From a virus (taxonomy: Duplodnaviria; Caudoviricetes), in IMG/VR virus record IMGVR_UViG_3300017989_000122, positions 1-62,068 of that record: 62,068 nucleotides of DNA; one strand, written 5' to 3'. Both the position numbers and the translations under genes were made by a program. Below, in pieces: positions 28,457-38,647 of this stretch (within the stretch, counting starts at the first letter, position 1; every line of letters begins with the position of its first letter). Below the pieces are notes generated by a model that saw nothing but the letters and a program-made list of their open reading frames with translations, was not told the DNA's origin and did no database searches.

Positions 28457-29105
28457 TCCAATCTTCATCACTGGATGTCAGCGCTCTGGCCTTTCCATGG
28501 TCGCCGGTGTCTTCGATTGTTGTGGTGCATGGCTCGGCGTCAATGGTGAACGGGGACCGAGGCAGGACGCGTTCGAGAATGTCCGGTTGACCGATGGACT
28601 GGTATTGCCATATTTGCAAATGACGGGACTGCCGGAAAACGGTTCTTGCCCTGTACTATCAATGATAAAGGGCAATCATTGGATTATGCCGAAGTGGGCA
28701 GAAAGGGTCGGTGAGGTCCTAGGCGAGCGCCGGACTGAGGGCGTATGGGCATATAAGAGTTTCCGTATTGCCCTGATGTGGCGGCAGTGGGCACGGGCGT
28801 TTCCTGGTGCGTGGTGGATTATTGTGCGCCGTAACCAGGCCGACCTGGCGAACTCGTGCATCAAAACAGGATACATGAAACAGTTTCAGTCACTGCCAGA
28901 TTGGGTCGACTGGGCCGAAGGATGGTCATCCTTATTGGATGATGTCGAGGCAAACATTCAGGACAGCATTTATTGCGTTTGGCCTTTCAAGTTTTTCCAA
29001 GGAGATTTGTCGGAGATTCGTGGGGCGGTAGAGGGTAGTGGACTGACATGGAATGAGGAGGCAGTTCATAACTTCCTCCCGGCACTGAAAGAAGGGAGTA
29101 AATAG
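28443..29105 (+). CDS. Sulfotransferase-like protein
   Basis: PIFITGCQRSGLS (5'-PSB-like), WAYKS, IIVRRN...ANSC. Confidence 0.75.
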   Translation: MPSSNPIFITGCQRSGLSMVAGVFDCCGAWLGVNGERGPRQDAFENVRLTDGLVLPYLQMTGLPENGSCPVLSMIKGNHWIMPKWAERVGEVLGERRTEGVWAYKSFRIALMWRQWARAFPGAWWIIVRRNQADLANSCIKTGYMKQFQSLPDWVDWAEGWSSLLDDVEANIQDSIYCVWPFKFFQGDLSEIRGAVEGSGLTWNEEAVHNFLPALKEGSK

Positions 29106-29106
29106 T

Positions 29107-29463
29107 ATGGCTACCTGCACCAACGAAGGCACTCCGAGGATTGCCGGACAAACCTGGATTATCAGGATGGACTGGCCTGCCGGGGTTCTCACCACTGACT
29201 GGTCATTTCGCAGTACATTGAAAACCAACATCGACGATGACGATGAGGATGCCGTACTCCGGTGGGACCACGATGTGACGGCGGCAGAAGTGGCAAGTGG
29301 GGTCGTGCGCGTGGAGTTTACCAATGAGGAAACCGCCGACTTGGAAGGGGACTACTATCACGATATCAAGTTGAAGGACGCGGATGGAAATCGTGGCTGG
29401 GTTCGTTCGCCTACACTCGTCCAGTTCATCAAGCCGGTCACCCAGCGGACGGAGGCAATATAA
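29107..29463 (+). CDS. BppU N-terminal-like fibre-anchor protein
   Basis: GVVRVEFTNEETADL.GDYYHDIKL; precedes the fibre gene. Confidence 0.55.
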   Translation: MATCTNEGTPRIAGQTWIIRMDWPAGVLTTDWSFRSTLKTNIDDDDEDAVLRWDHDVTAAEVASGVVRVEFTNEETADLEGDYYHDIKLKDADGNRGWVRSPTLVQFIKPVTQRTEAI

Positions 29464-32400
29464 TGGCTACTGCGTTTGAAATAATCAAAGTTGCGGTTGG
29501 TGATGAGGAGTACACGGTCAGTATTGGAGATGAAGCTTATCCGGCACTGATAGGACCGCAGGGTGAGCCAGGCGAAGCCGGTGGCGTTGTAGGCCCTAGT
29601 GTTTCCGTTGACAATCGTATTGTCCTGTTTAATGGGACCACCGGCAACCTCATCAAGCAATCGGCACATGATGAAACCGACCTTGACAATTTCCTTGCCC
29701 ATCTCACCGACACCACCAACCCTCATAGCGTTACGGCGGCACAGGCTGGGGCGGACCCCACAGGAACGGCGGCGGGCTTGATGTCCACTCACGAGGCAAC
29801 CTACGACCATGCCGATATTGCACTCAATACAACCCACCGTAATACCGTTACAGGCAATCCTCACGCCGTAACCAAGAGTGATGTGGGGTTGGGGAATGTC
29901 TTGAATGCGGCGCAGTTGGCGATTGCCAATGACCTGTCCGACCTAAATGATGCTCCTACAGCCCGTTCCAACCTGGGCTTGGGGAGCATGGCTATCATCA
30001 ATGATGCTCCAAGTGATGGGAAGACCTATGGTCGGAAGGACGGGGCGTGGGAGGAAATCGAGGCAAGTGAGATTGCTAATGCCATCCATGCCGCCACGGG
30101 GAAGACTACTCCGGTCAGTGCCGATGAGTTGGCATTGGTTGACAGCGAAGCCTCCTGGGGCCTCAAGAAACTGACATGGGGCAACCTACAGTCAACTCTT
30201 GAAACTTACTTCGATACACAGTACGATGCCATCAACACGGCGTCCGGCCTGATGACCGCCCACTTGGCGGCATACGCCCACGGCGATATCACTCTTAACA
30301 CTTCCCACCGTAATACGACTTCTGGCAATCCTCACTCCGTTACCAAGTCCGATGTTGGCTTGGGGAACGTGACCAATGATGCACAGTTGAAGATTGCCAG
30401 CGACCTTGCCGATTTGAACGATGCGGCAACGGCCAGGACCAATCTTGGGTTGGGTGGCATGGCCGTGCTCAACGATGCCCCCTCGGACGGAACGACTTAT
30501 GGACGGAAAGATGCCGCCTGGGTTTCCATGGTGACCTCGGTGGTATGGGGAGCCATTACCGGAACATTGTCCAACCAAACTGATTTGCAGAATGCCCTTG
30601 ATGCCAAACTCACTGCGGCCAGCAACTTGTCAGATGTCGCTAGTGCCGCCACGGCCAGGACCAATCTTGGCCTTGGGACACTAGCGGTTATTGATGACGC
30701 CCCCAGCGATGGCAATGTGTACGGGCGCAAGGACGGGGCATGGGAAGCGGTGGACGAGGCGGAGGTTGCCGCCGCCATCAATGCCGCTTCGGCAAAGACC
30801 ACTCCGGTTGACGCCGACAGGTTTGGCATCACCGACAGCGCGGCCTCGTATGCCTTGAAGCAGTTGACCTGGGCAAATCTGCTTGTTGGCGTCAAGGCAG
30901 AAACTGACATTGCTTCGGCGATTTCCTTGAAGCACACGCAGGGAACGGACCTTGGTTTGGACACAGGCGGTTCAAATCCAATCACCGCCGCCACCATCAA
31001 GGGCCATGTCGAAACCACTTCCGGCAATCCTCATAACGTCACCAAGTCGGACGTTGGCCTCGGCAATGTCACCAATGATGCACAGGTCACTTCCGTAACG
31101 GCGAGCGGGGCATTAAATTCTTCCGGTGGCACCACGCCGGACATCTCGCTGGATAATGTCAATACCCGGTACACGTTGGGCAACACAACGGCATTTCCGG
31201 CCCCGCCATCCGCCATTGCGTTCAGCACCTTGGTCGAGCAGGCAATCGGCCATGCTTCCGCAAAGACCACCCCGGTCGATGGTGATAGCATTGGCCTCGT
31301 GGATTCCGAGGACTTGGCGCAGTTGAAGGAAGTTACCTGGGCGAATGTCAAGGCTACGCTCAAAACGTACTTCGATACGGTGTACCAAGGAACAGGTTTG
31401 GCATTGCTCATCGCCAACAATCTTTCGGACCTCAATGATGTTCCTACGGCCCGTTCCAACCTGGGTCTCGGTTCTGCAGCTGTTGGGGATGCACAGTCGG
31501 CGACGCTGACCGCACCGTTGACAAGCACACAGGCTTTTAGCGTCATAGGGTCTGCCGCCCCCACCATTTCGATGCCTGCGGCGACAAACGCCAACGACGG
31601 CTATGCCACTTCTTCGCACATCCAGGCCATCGAAGCGAACACTTCGGCCATCAGCGCACTCGGAACGATGTCCACGGTGAATGATGCTCCGAGCGATGGC
31701 AGTTTCTATGGTCGCTTGAATGCCGCATGGGCAGACTCAACCAACATTACGGCGGTTGGTACTCTCACCTCGTTGACCGTCAGCGGGGATGTAACGTTGT
31801 CCGGCGCGGCAAGCCAACTGTTTCTGCCGCAGGTCAACGATGCCACCAACCCGACGATTGCCTTCGGTGATGGTAATACTGGATTCTATGAAGATGCTGA
31901 TAATCAGTTATGTGTCGCTATTGGTGGGGTAAAGAAGTGGACTTTTTATGCCAGCGTTGCCCAATGTGAAGTTGTTGCTGGTTCTCCTCGCCTAAACACT
32001 ACCAATACACCATCAGCGACAGTTCCAACATATCAATTCTATTCCGACGCCGACACCGGCATTGGCCGTGCCGGAGCCAACCAGTTATCGCTGATTGCGG
32101 GCGGCGTTGAGAACCTACGGCTTACCACTACCACGATTGAGGGATTGCTCCTTACTGCGGATGCCAACAACGTCCGACTCGGAGCCAACGCTGGCAATGA
32201 CTCAATGACTTCCGTTCGCACCGTAGTGATTGGCGTGGGTGCAGGAGAATCATTGACCGATGGCGACAACAATGTAGCCATCGGAGATGAGGCGTTGGGT
32301 GATGCCACCTCTGGATATAATAACATCGCCATTGGTCGTGAAGCACTAGAAGTCCTTATCACCAACGCCAACAATGTCGGCATCGGCTATCAAGCTGGTA

Positions 32401-34370
32401 AATATGTTACAGGTAACACTAACGTTGCTGTTGGTACTCTTGCGCTGGCTGGTTCTGCTGGTCATTCATCGACCAATAATGTTGCTGTTGGCGACCGAGC
32501 CTTAAGCTCAGCCAATGGTTGCTATTACAACGTGGCAGTCGGTGCATATGCGGGGTTTGGAATTACCACGGCTCGTCATGCGATAGTCATCGGCGAATAC
32601 GCTGGCAAGCATGAAACCACCAACTTTGGCCGACTGCACATTGACGCTTACGGAGATGACCGTTCCGACTTGGCTGATAGCGAAGCCAATGCAATCATCT
32701 ATGGTGTAATGACTGCCGCCGGAAAAACCACCCAGACACTTTCCCTGAATGCTCAAGTCACCATCGCTCGTGGCTTAACGGTTAATAACGATGCGGCGGC
32801 AGTCAACTTCGTGGTCAATCGTGTAACTACCGGAACAGCATTTGAGTATAACGGGACAACCGATTCGATTGAAGGTGACTTCATCACGGCGAACACCGAC
32901 AACACTCTGCTGGGTGTCAGTGCTGGTGGTAGCATTACGAGCGGCGTGAACAACACGCTAATCGGTGAAGAGGCTGGCTCGAACATAACCGACACAAGCA
33001 ACAACACTTGCGTAGGATATCAAGCAGGAAACGGAAGCGGCGTTGCACAGATTACGGCGTTTGGAAAAGGCGCAGGCAGACAATGTACTGGATTGCTTGG
33101 TACATTTGTTGGGATGAATGCAGGAACCCAAACCACTGGACAGGACTATGTGGTCTACGTTGGCGAGGAATGCGGCGTCAATATGCGAGGCGACCGCAAT
33201 ACGGTAGTCGGCGCATCTGCGCTCTATGGTAGTGGAACTCCCGCAAGCAATACTGGCAGTTACAATACTGTGATGGGTTGGGAGGCGATGGGTGGCGCAG
33301 TCACTACTGCTTCGTATAATACTGTCATAGGTTACAACGCGGGCAACGCATCAACTGCAATTGACCGTGGAATTTTCCTTGGTGCGTATGCTGGCAAGTA
33401 TGAAACCGTTGGTGGTAAGTTGTTTATCGATTCGTATGACCGTAGCACCGAGGCGGGAGCCCGTTCCAATTCCATCATCTACGGCATAATGGCTGTGGGC
33501 GGTGCCACCAGCCAGCAACTATTCTTGAATGCGGAAACCTACATCAACACCTCCGTCAATTTCCATTGCAATTCCTTCTCGACCTATGGGGCGGTTGCAG
33601 GGATTGGATTTAACAATCCTATTCTCGTTGACGACATTGACGAAAACACTCTCGACCACGGCGTTGAGGTTGAAGGGTTGGTCATTAAGGACAGCGGCTT
33701 TGCCCTCGGCTCCGATGCGGACGGCGACATCTACTACCGTGGCAGTGGAGCATTGGCGAGACTTGCAAAGGGAACTGGCTATCAACATCTTCGCATGAAC
33801 AGCGGGGCCACCGCTCCTGAGTGGGCCTCACTGCCGCCGGGAACCGTGTACGTTGACGTAGGCGCAATGGTGCCAGCCAGCACTGAGGGAGCCACGGCTA
33901 CTCAGGTCGAAACCGCAACGTACAAGCATTACTACGATGTGATGTCGTTCGATGGTGGCGCAAGCGATACCCATTGTGACTTCAAGTTGCGGATGCCAGA
34001 GGATTGGGACGGTGGCACCATCAAGGTGAAGGCTCTGTGGGAGCCGGCGGCAGGGGCCAGTGCCGATGACTGGATTCGGCTTGACGTACAGGCTGTGGCC
34101 TTGGGCAATGACGATGCCATCGATGCCGCCTTCGGAACGGCGGTCTACCTTGACGACCAAGTGATTGCCGTTGGCGACTTGCACGACACGGGTGCCAGTG
34201 CGGCATTGACTGTTGCTGGTTCGCCAGCGGCGGGTGACGTGATTCACTTCTTGATTGGCCGGGATGCTGATTACGATGGTGGTGGCGGCACGGCAATGGC
34301 CGAGGCGTTGCTACTGCACAGCATCGAAATCCAGTACACCAAGACGAACACCCCACCTTCGGCATGGTAA
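29463..34370 (+). CDS. Long repeat-rich fibre protein (head/collar or tail fibre)
   Basis: Repeats NPHxVTKSDVGLGNV, NxLSDxxxxxTARxNLGLG, DAPSDGxxYGRKDGAW, KTTPVD; YadA-like NNVAIG repeats. Confidence 0.85.
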   Translation: MATAFEIIKVAVGDEEYTVSIGDEAYPALIGPQGEPGEAGGVVGPSVSVDNRIVLFNGTTGNLIKQSAHDETDLDNFLAHLTDTTNPHSVTAAQAGADPTGTAAGLMSTHEATYDHADIALNTTHRNTVTGNPHAVTKSDVGLGNVLNAAQLAIANDLSDLNDAPTARSNLGLGSMAIINDAPSDGKTYGRKDGAWEEIEASEIANAIHAATGKTTPVSADELALVDSEASWGLKKLTWGNLQSTLETYFDTQYDAINTASGLMTAHLAAYAHGDITLNTSHRNTTSGNPHSVTKSDVGLGNVTNDAQLKIASDLADLNDAATARTNLGLGGMAVLNDAPSDGTTYGRKDAAWVSMVTSVVWGAITGTLSNQTDLQNALDAKLTAASNLSDVASAATARTNLGLGTLAVIDDAPSDGNVYGRKDGAWEAVDEAEVAAAINAASAKTTPVDADRFGITDSAASYALKQLTWANLLVGVKAETDIASAISLKHTQGTDLGLDTGGSNPITAATIKGHVETTSGNPHNVTKSDVGLGNVTNDAQVTSVTASGALNSSGGTTPDISLDNVNTRYTLGNTTAFPAPPSAIAFSTLVEQAIGHASAKTTPVDGDSIGLVDSEDLAQLKEVTWANVKATLKTYFDTVYQGTGLALLIANNLSDLNDVPTARSNLGLGSAAVGDAQSATLTAPLTSTQAFSVIGSAAPTISMPAATNANDGYATSSHIQAIEANTSAISALGTMSTVNDAPSDGSFYGRLNAAWADSTNITAVGTLTSLTVSGDVTLSGAASQLFLPQVNDATNPTIAFGDGNTGFYEDADNQLCVAIGGVKKWTFYASVAQCEVVAGSPRLNTTNTPSATVPTYQFYSDADTGIGRAGANQLSLIAGGVENLRLTTTTIEGLLLTADANNVRLGANAGNDSMTSVRTVVIGVGAGESLTDGDNNVAIGDEALGDATSGYNNIAIGREALEVLITNANNVGIGYQAGKYVTGNTNVAVGTLALAGSAGHSSTNNVAVGDRALSSANGCYYNVAVGAYAGFGITTARHAIVIGEYAGKHETTNFGRLHIDAYGDDRSDLADSEANAIIYGVMTAAGKTTQTLSLNAQVTIARGLTVNNDAAAVNFVVNRVTTGTAFEYNGTTDSIEGDFITANTDNTLLGVSAGGSITSGVNNTLIGEEAGSNITDTSNNTCVGYQAGNGSGVAQITAFGKGAGRQCTGLLGTFVGMNAGTQTTGQDYVVYVGEECGVNMRGDRNTVVGASALYGSGTPASNTGSYNTVMGWEAMGGAVTTASYNTVIGYNAGNASTAIDRGIFLGAYAGKYETVGGKLFIDSYDRSTEAGARSNSIIYGIMAVGGATSQQLFLNAETYINTSVNFHCNSFSTYGAVAGIGFNNPILVDDIDENTLDHGVEVEGLVIKDSGFALGSDADGDIYYRGSGALARLAKGTGYQHLRMNSGATAPEWASLPPGTVYVDVGAMVPASTEGATATQVETATYKHYYDVMSFDGGASDTHCDFKLRMPEDWDGGTIKVKALWEPAAGASADDWIRLDVQAVALGNDDAIDAAFGTAVYLDDQVIAVGDLHDTGASAALTVAGSPAAGDVIHFLIGRDADYDGGGGTAMAEALLLHSIEIQYTKTNTPPSAW

Positions 34371-34371
34371 G

Positions 34372-35082
34372 ATGTACTTATTCAATCGAAGAAAGCATTT
34401 TCGTGAGGCGGGTAAAGCCGTAGGCTCCCTGCTCTGCGAGAGCGGCGGGAGTGCCTACATTGATTGGAGCGACCATGCCGATTGGGACTTCGGCGCGGGC
34501 GACTTCTGTGTGGAGTTCTGGGCGAGGTTCGAGAGTTCCTTTCCGCAAGCCAACAACGCATTGGTCTGTCATGGTGGGCGTGGTAACGACATCACCGATT
34601 ACAATGGCTGGAATATCAAGTACAACACCTCGAACGGATTGTACTGGGGTCTCCGAATCAACAACACCAACTACGACAAGACGTTTGCGTGGACTGCCAG
34701 CGTTGACACTTGGTATCATATTCTGCTGTCCCGTGATGGCACTGACTTGAGGGCTTTCATTGATGGGACACAAATAGGCTCTACTGAAACCTGTAGCGTG
34801 GACATCAACGATGGCGCATACCCATTGCGAATCGGCACGGCGCAGGACTTGACGCAGGACTTCATTGGCAATATCGACGAGTTGCGGATAAGCGATGTCT
34901 ACCGTCAGAACTCCAACTTCACTGCTCCCAGCACCCCGTACTCTGTCGACGGTAACACGTTGTTCTTGTGTCACTTCAACGGGGATGATGAGTCCACCAC
35001 GTTTACAGATGAAACCGGAACCCACGGCGACGCCTTGGTTTATGGCACCGCCGAAGTTGATACCGACATCTACGAGTTCTAA
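34372..35082 (+). CDS. LamG/concanavalin A-like lectin domain protein
   Basis: DFCVEFW, WYHILLSRDG, FIGNIDELRIS, NFTAP. Confidence 0.85.
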   Translation: MYLFNRRKHFREAGKAVGSLLCESGGSAYIDWSDHADWDFGAGDFCVEFWARFESSFPQANNALVCHGGRGNDITDYNGWNIKYNTSNGLYWGLRINNTNYDKTFAWTASVDTWYHILLSRDGTDLRAFIDGTQIGSTETCSVDINDGAYPLRIGTAQDLTQDFIGNIDELRISDVYRQNSNFTAPSTPYSVDGNTLFLCHFNGDDESTTFTDETGTHGDALVYGTAEVDTDIYEF

Positions 35083-35098
35083 CAGAAGGAGAAGGACA

Positions 35099-35410
35099 AT
35101 GCCGCCGAGTGGAAAGTATTTGGAGAAGGCAATCGAGGTGAAGACGGGTTACGAGCCGACCGTGTGGCGGTGCTCGTGCATTCGTGTCATTATCGATGAC
35201 GGAGGAGTGCTGGTGTACTTGGACTTGCAGGGCTGGAAAGATGTCGCCGCCTGCATGGCTGGCAAGTTGCCGGATGGAGCCAAGACGGTGGTACTGGAAC
35301 ACGCCGAGGAACTTCCCGAATATCAGGACGTGTTTGCTGTGTTCCTGGCAAAGATTCTTGCCGACCCGGTATTCGCTGGTGCAGAGTTGAAAGACCTGCC
35401 CGTTGAATAA
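35099..35410 (+). CDS. Hypothetical (fibre-associated) protein
   Basis: AGGAG RBS; late operon. Confidence 0.6.
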   Translation: MPPSGKYLEKAIEVKTGYEPTVWRCSCIRVIIDDGGVLVYLDLQGWKDVAACMAGKLPDGAKTVVLEHAEELPEYQDVFAVFLAKILADPVFAGAELKDLPVE

Positions 35411-35457
35411 GTAATCTATAACTGGCCTATCCAAGGCCAACAAAAAGGAGAGGAACG

Positions 35458-35796
35458 ATGAAGCAACTCACGAACAAGAAGGTCGTAGTCGGGAAGACTC
35501 GTAACGACAAGGGAGAAATCATTGACAACGAGATTTCCTTTGCGGACCTTGTTCGTCAGGCGGCAAACAACATTCCCCAGGGAGGCTTGGATGTCCGTGA
35601 AATGTCCAACCGCCTTCGTCTGGTGGGTGCCGCCGACCGTGCCGACAAGGAGAACACTCCCATCAATCTCGAAGACTCCGACTACAATACTTTGAAGCGG
35701 TGTGTCGATGAGATGCGGTGGGTGGTTGTCAGTGAGGGCATTGTGGAGTTCTATGATACCATTATGGAAGCGGGTAAGAAGAAAAAGGAGAAGTGA
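35458..35796 (+). CDS. Hypothetical protein
   Basis: GAGGAACGATG start context. Confidence 0.6.
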   Translation: MKQLTNKKVVVGKTRNDKGEIIDNEISFADLVRQAANNIPQGGLDVREMSNRLRLVGAADRADKENTPINLEDSDYNTLKRCVDEMRWVVVSEGIVEFYDTIMEAGKKKKEK

Positions 35797-35797
35797 G

Positions 35798-36109
35798 ATG
35801 GGTGACCCTAACTGGTGGATGGTGATACTGGCCTTCGGTTCGTTTGCCGTGGCCTTGACAATGGCAATCAGTGGATTTGTATACCTTACCATGAAACTGA
35901 TGATTGACCCACTCAAGCGGGAAATCTCCGAGATGAAGGAACAGTTCACTCCACTGGTTAGGAAAGTCAAAAACGGTGACGAGCTCCAACGTATGATGGA
36001 CTTGACTGTGGCGCGTCATGCCACTGATTGCCATCGTGAGAAGGTGAAGGAGGAGCAGGCTCGTCGCAAACTGGCCGAACGGGAAGTCCCGGCAGGCGGA
36101 GGAGTTTGA
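35798..36109 (+). CDS. Membrane protein (holin-like candidate)
   Basis: Single N-terminal TM helix followed by a charged tail. Confidence 0.45.
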   Translation: MGDPNWWMVILAFGSFAVALTMAISGFVYLTMKLMIDPLKREISEMKEQFTPLVRKVKNGDELQRMMDLTVARHATDCHREKVKEEQARRKLAEREVPAGGGV

Positions 36110-36110
36110 T

Positions 36111-36527
36111 ATGACGGCAAGAGTTAAGGACTTGGAAGTCCGACAAATCCTACCGGAAGATGCTGACCTGACGGTCAACCTGACCCCATTCATCACGGCG
36201 GCATCGCAGATGGTAGACCGCGTCGAGGCGAAGGCAGCGGAGGAAGGTTCAGGTGTGTCAGTATCAGATGATGAACTGAAGGAAATCGAACGATGGCTGA
36301 CGGTCCATCTATTCTGCATCCGTGACCGCCTCGTATCGGAACGAAAGATTGGCGATGCTATGGACAGGTACCAAGGCAAAACCGGCATGGGCTTGGATGC
36401 GACCACCTATGGTCAGCAGGCGAAGATGATGGACCCAACTGGCGAGCTGGCCAGGTTGGGTGGTAACAGAAAATCGTTCGTGATGCAAACTATCAACCCA
36501 ATCTCGGACGTTTACGATGAGTCTTAA
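36111..36527 (+). CDS. Head-tail adaptor
   Basis: LKEIERWLTVH, GLDATTYGQQA..MDPTG. Confidence 0.75.
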   Translation: MTARVKDLEVRQILPEDADLTVNLTPFITAASQMVDRVEAKAAEEGSGVSVSDDELKEIERWLTVHLFCIRDRLVSERKIGDAMDRYQGKTGMGLDATTYGQQAKMMDPTGELARLGGNRKSFVMQTINPISDVYDES

Positions 36528-36867
36528 TACAGTCAAGGGACTGCCGGAGAAGTGCATGAGATGGGCCAATCCCGTACCGGATGGCCGGGGTGGTCATTCC
36601 TACGATGAGGCCGATGAGCTGTGCTGCCGCTGGCAGGACAAGGCAGAAATGTTTTACAATCCTGAAGGCCGGGAGGATGTGAGTCGTTCCATCGTATATC
36701 TGCGGGAGGCGGTCGTTCCCGGCGAGTGGTTGTGGTTGGGTGCCGAGGAAGATTTGCCGAGTGACAGTTCTGACCCGGGAACAGTTACCGGTGCGGCGAA
36801 AGTGCGAGGCGTGGACAGGTCGAAGGATGTCCGTGGTCGCGTGGACTTATATAAGGCGTACTTATGA
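36517..36867 (+). CDS. Head closure protein
   Basis: PDGRGG, CRWQDK, SRSIVY; position. Confidence 0.7.
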   Translation: MSLNTVKGLPEKCMRWANPVPDGRGGHSYDEADELCCRWQDKAEMFYNPEGREDVSRSIVYLREAVVPGEWLWLGAEEDLPSDSSDPGTVTGAAKVRGVDRSKDVRGRVDLYKAYL

Positions 36868-37415
36868 GCTTCCACATTAAAGTCCGTGGTCATAAGGCAC
36901 TGGCCAGGAAACTGACTATGGCACCGCCGGCTATCAAGCGGGCGGCAAAGCAAATTATGATTACGGGTGGACTTCGTATCCAGGCGGAGGCACAAAGGAT
37001 AACTCCGGTTCTCATTGGGAACTTGAAGGCATCCGCATATACGGCCTGGTCACCCGGGCTAGGAAGCAGTGGCATGGCCCTCACTACCCCTTTCTTCAAA
37101 TCCCGGCGGGGAGCCGATACGGGGCGCCTAACTTCAGGACATGCCCGTGAGACAGCGGCCTCCAAAGGCCGATGCGGGGCACGGCAGTCAGCCGGCGGTA
37201 TTCGCGTGGAGGTGGGATTCAGTGCATATTATGCACTTTACGTCCATGAAAACTTACAGGCCAAACATGGAGCGGCGCGGACGAAGCCACGCAAAGGTGG
37301 TTCAGGCCAGCAGGCCAAGTTCCTGAAAAAGGCCGCCGACAAGATTGGCCCGAGTGTCGTATCGGCATTATGGACCGCAGTGGAAATAGGTTTTAGAGAA
37401 GGGATGATGAAATGA
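36864..37415 (+). CDS. HK97 gp10-like neck protein
   Basis: TPVLIGNLKAS, YALYVHE, AKFL. Confidence 0.75.
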   Translation: MSFHIKVRGHKALARKLTMAPPAIKRAAKQIMITGGLRIQAEAQRITPVLIGNLKASAYTAWSPGLGSSGMALTTPFFKSRRGADTGRLTSGHARETAASKGRCGARQSAGGIRVEVGFSAYYALYVHENLQAKHGAARTKPRKGGSGQQAKFLKKAADKIGPSVVSALWTAVEIGFREGMMK

Positions 37416-37837
37416 ACCCAGTATCAGAACAAGTGAAGGACTTGCTGGTTGCAGGCGGAGCGGGAACTTTCGCCGGGACTTCTGGCTGGTCCATTTACAT
37501 AAACGATGAGCCGACCACACCTGACACTGTAATAACCATTTACGACGCAGGCGGCTCAAAACCGCAACCCTTCGCGGACCACACCCTCTACCCAGTCGAG
37601 GATGTGGAAATCCAGTTGAGGGTGAGGGCCAGGGCGTTCCTGACAGTGTGCACAAAGTTGGAGACGTGCATCAACATTCTGGAAGGTGCCGGTCGATTCG
37701 ACGACACCGAGGGAAGTGATAGCGTCCACTACTTGATGCTGAAGCGGTCAGGCGCACCCATACCACTCGGGAAGGATGAAGATGAACGGTTCATCATCAC
37801 CCAGAATTTCCGGGTACTGAGACAGAGAACAGCATAA
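37412..37837 (+). CDS. Tail terminator protein
   Basis: PDTVITIYDAGG, IQLRVR, LGKDEDER. Confidence 0.7.
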   Translation: MNPVSEQVKDLLVAGGAGTFAGTSGWSIYINDEPTTPDTVITIYDAGGSKPQPFADHTLYPVEDVEIQLRVRARAFLTVCTKLETCINILEGAGRFDDTEGSDSVHYLMLKRSGAPIPLGKDEDERFIITQNFRVLRQRTA

Positions 37838-37854
37838 CAGAAAGGACTCTGCAA

Positions 37855-38247
37855 ATGGCGGACCCAAGAGCAGACGTCGGCACTGGTACCACTATCACGT
37901 TCCAGAGTGGCTTCTTTGCGGAGGTCACGAACATCGGTGGTCCTGCGCTGACCCGTGCCAACATCGACACCTCCCACATGCTCACCGTAGGTGGCAAGAC
38001 CTTCAAGCCGACGGACTTGTACGACCTGGGTGACTTGTCGATTGATGTCGCGTTCGACCCGGCAGAGACGCCGCCGATTGACCAGCCCGCTGAAACCGTT
38101 ACCATCACGTGGCCGGATGGAAGCACCTGGCAGTTCACGGCGTTTATGACCGGTTTCGAGCCGACTGCGCCGTTGGAGGAGAAGATGACGGCATCCGCAA
38201 CGCTGAAGTGCAGTGGCGACCTGTCGGTCACCGCGGCCAGCGCATAA
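37855..38247 (+). CDS. Major tail tube protein
   Basis: IDTSHM, ITWPDGSTWQFTAFMTGF, ATLKCSG. Confidence 0.8.
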   Translation: MADPRADVGTGTTITFQSGFFAEVTNIGGPALTRANIDTSHMLTVGGKTFKPTDLYDLGDLSIDVAFDPAETPPIDQPAETVTITWPDGSTWQFTAFMTGFEPTAPLEEKMTASATLKCSGDLSVTAASA

Positions 38248-38278
38248 CCGTAACAAAAGGAAAAGGGAGGACTAACCA

Positions 38279-38647
38279 ATGCCTGCCAATGGAATCAACC
38301 TAACCAGGGATGACATCCTCAACGCCGATGACTCGCAAAAGGAGCAAGTCCATGTCAAACAGTGGGGAGGGGATGTTTTCGTCCGCGTAATGACCGGGGA
38401 GAATCGTGACCACTTCGAGGAGGAGTGCAGGCGACGAACCGGTACCGGAACCATCAACTACGAGGGGATGAAGGCCTTGCTGATTGTCCTGACCGTAGTG
38501 GACGAGGACAGCAAACCTTTATTCACGGAGGACGATATCGCCGAACTGAACAAGAAGAATGGTGCGGCGATTGACTTTCTGTTTCAGGAGGCACTGCGCG
38601 TCAATGCAATCGGTCAGCAACAACTGGAGGAAATAGCGGGAAACTGA
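38279..38647 (+). CDS. Tail assembly chaperone (gpG-like)
   Basis: Between tube and tape measure; ends G GGA AAC TGA. Confidence 0.8.
   Translation: MPANGINLTRDDILNADDSQKEQVHVKQWGGDVFVRVMTGENRDHFEEECRRRTGTGTINYEGMKALLIVLTVVDEDSKPLFTEDDIAELNKKNGAAIDFLFQEALRVNAIGQQQLEEIAGN
38638..38644 (+). other. -1 programmed ribosomal frameshift site
   Basis: GGGAAAC in X XXY YYZ phase; the -1 frame is open to 39015 (KLRRLPERQQWFRLAARLGMSV...). Confidence 0.85.

Noticed and set aside
29800-31720. DNA repeats in the fibre as a CRISPR array or DGR template/variable pair
   Set aside because: Repeats are in-frame protein repeats with irregular spacing; no reverse transcriptase or cas gene was seen.
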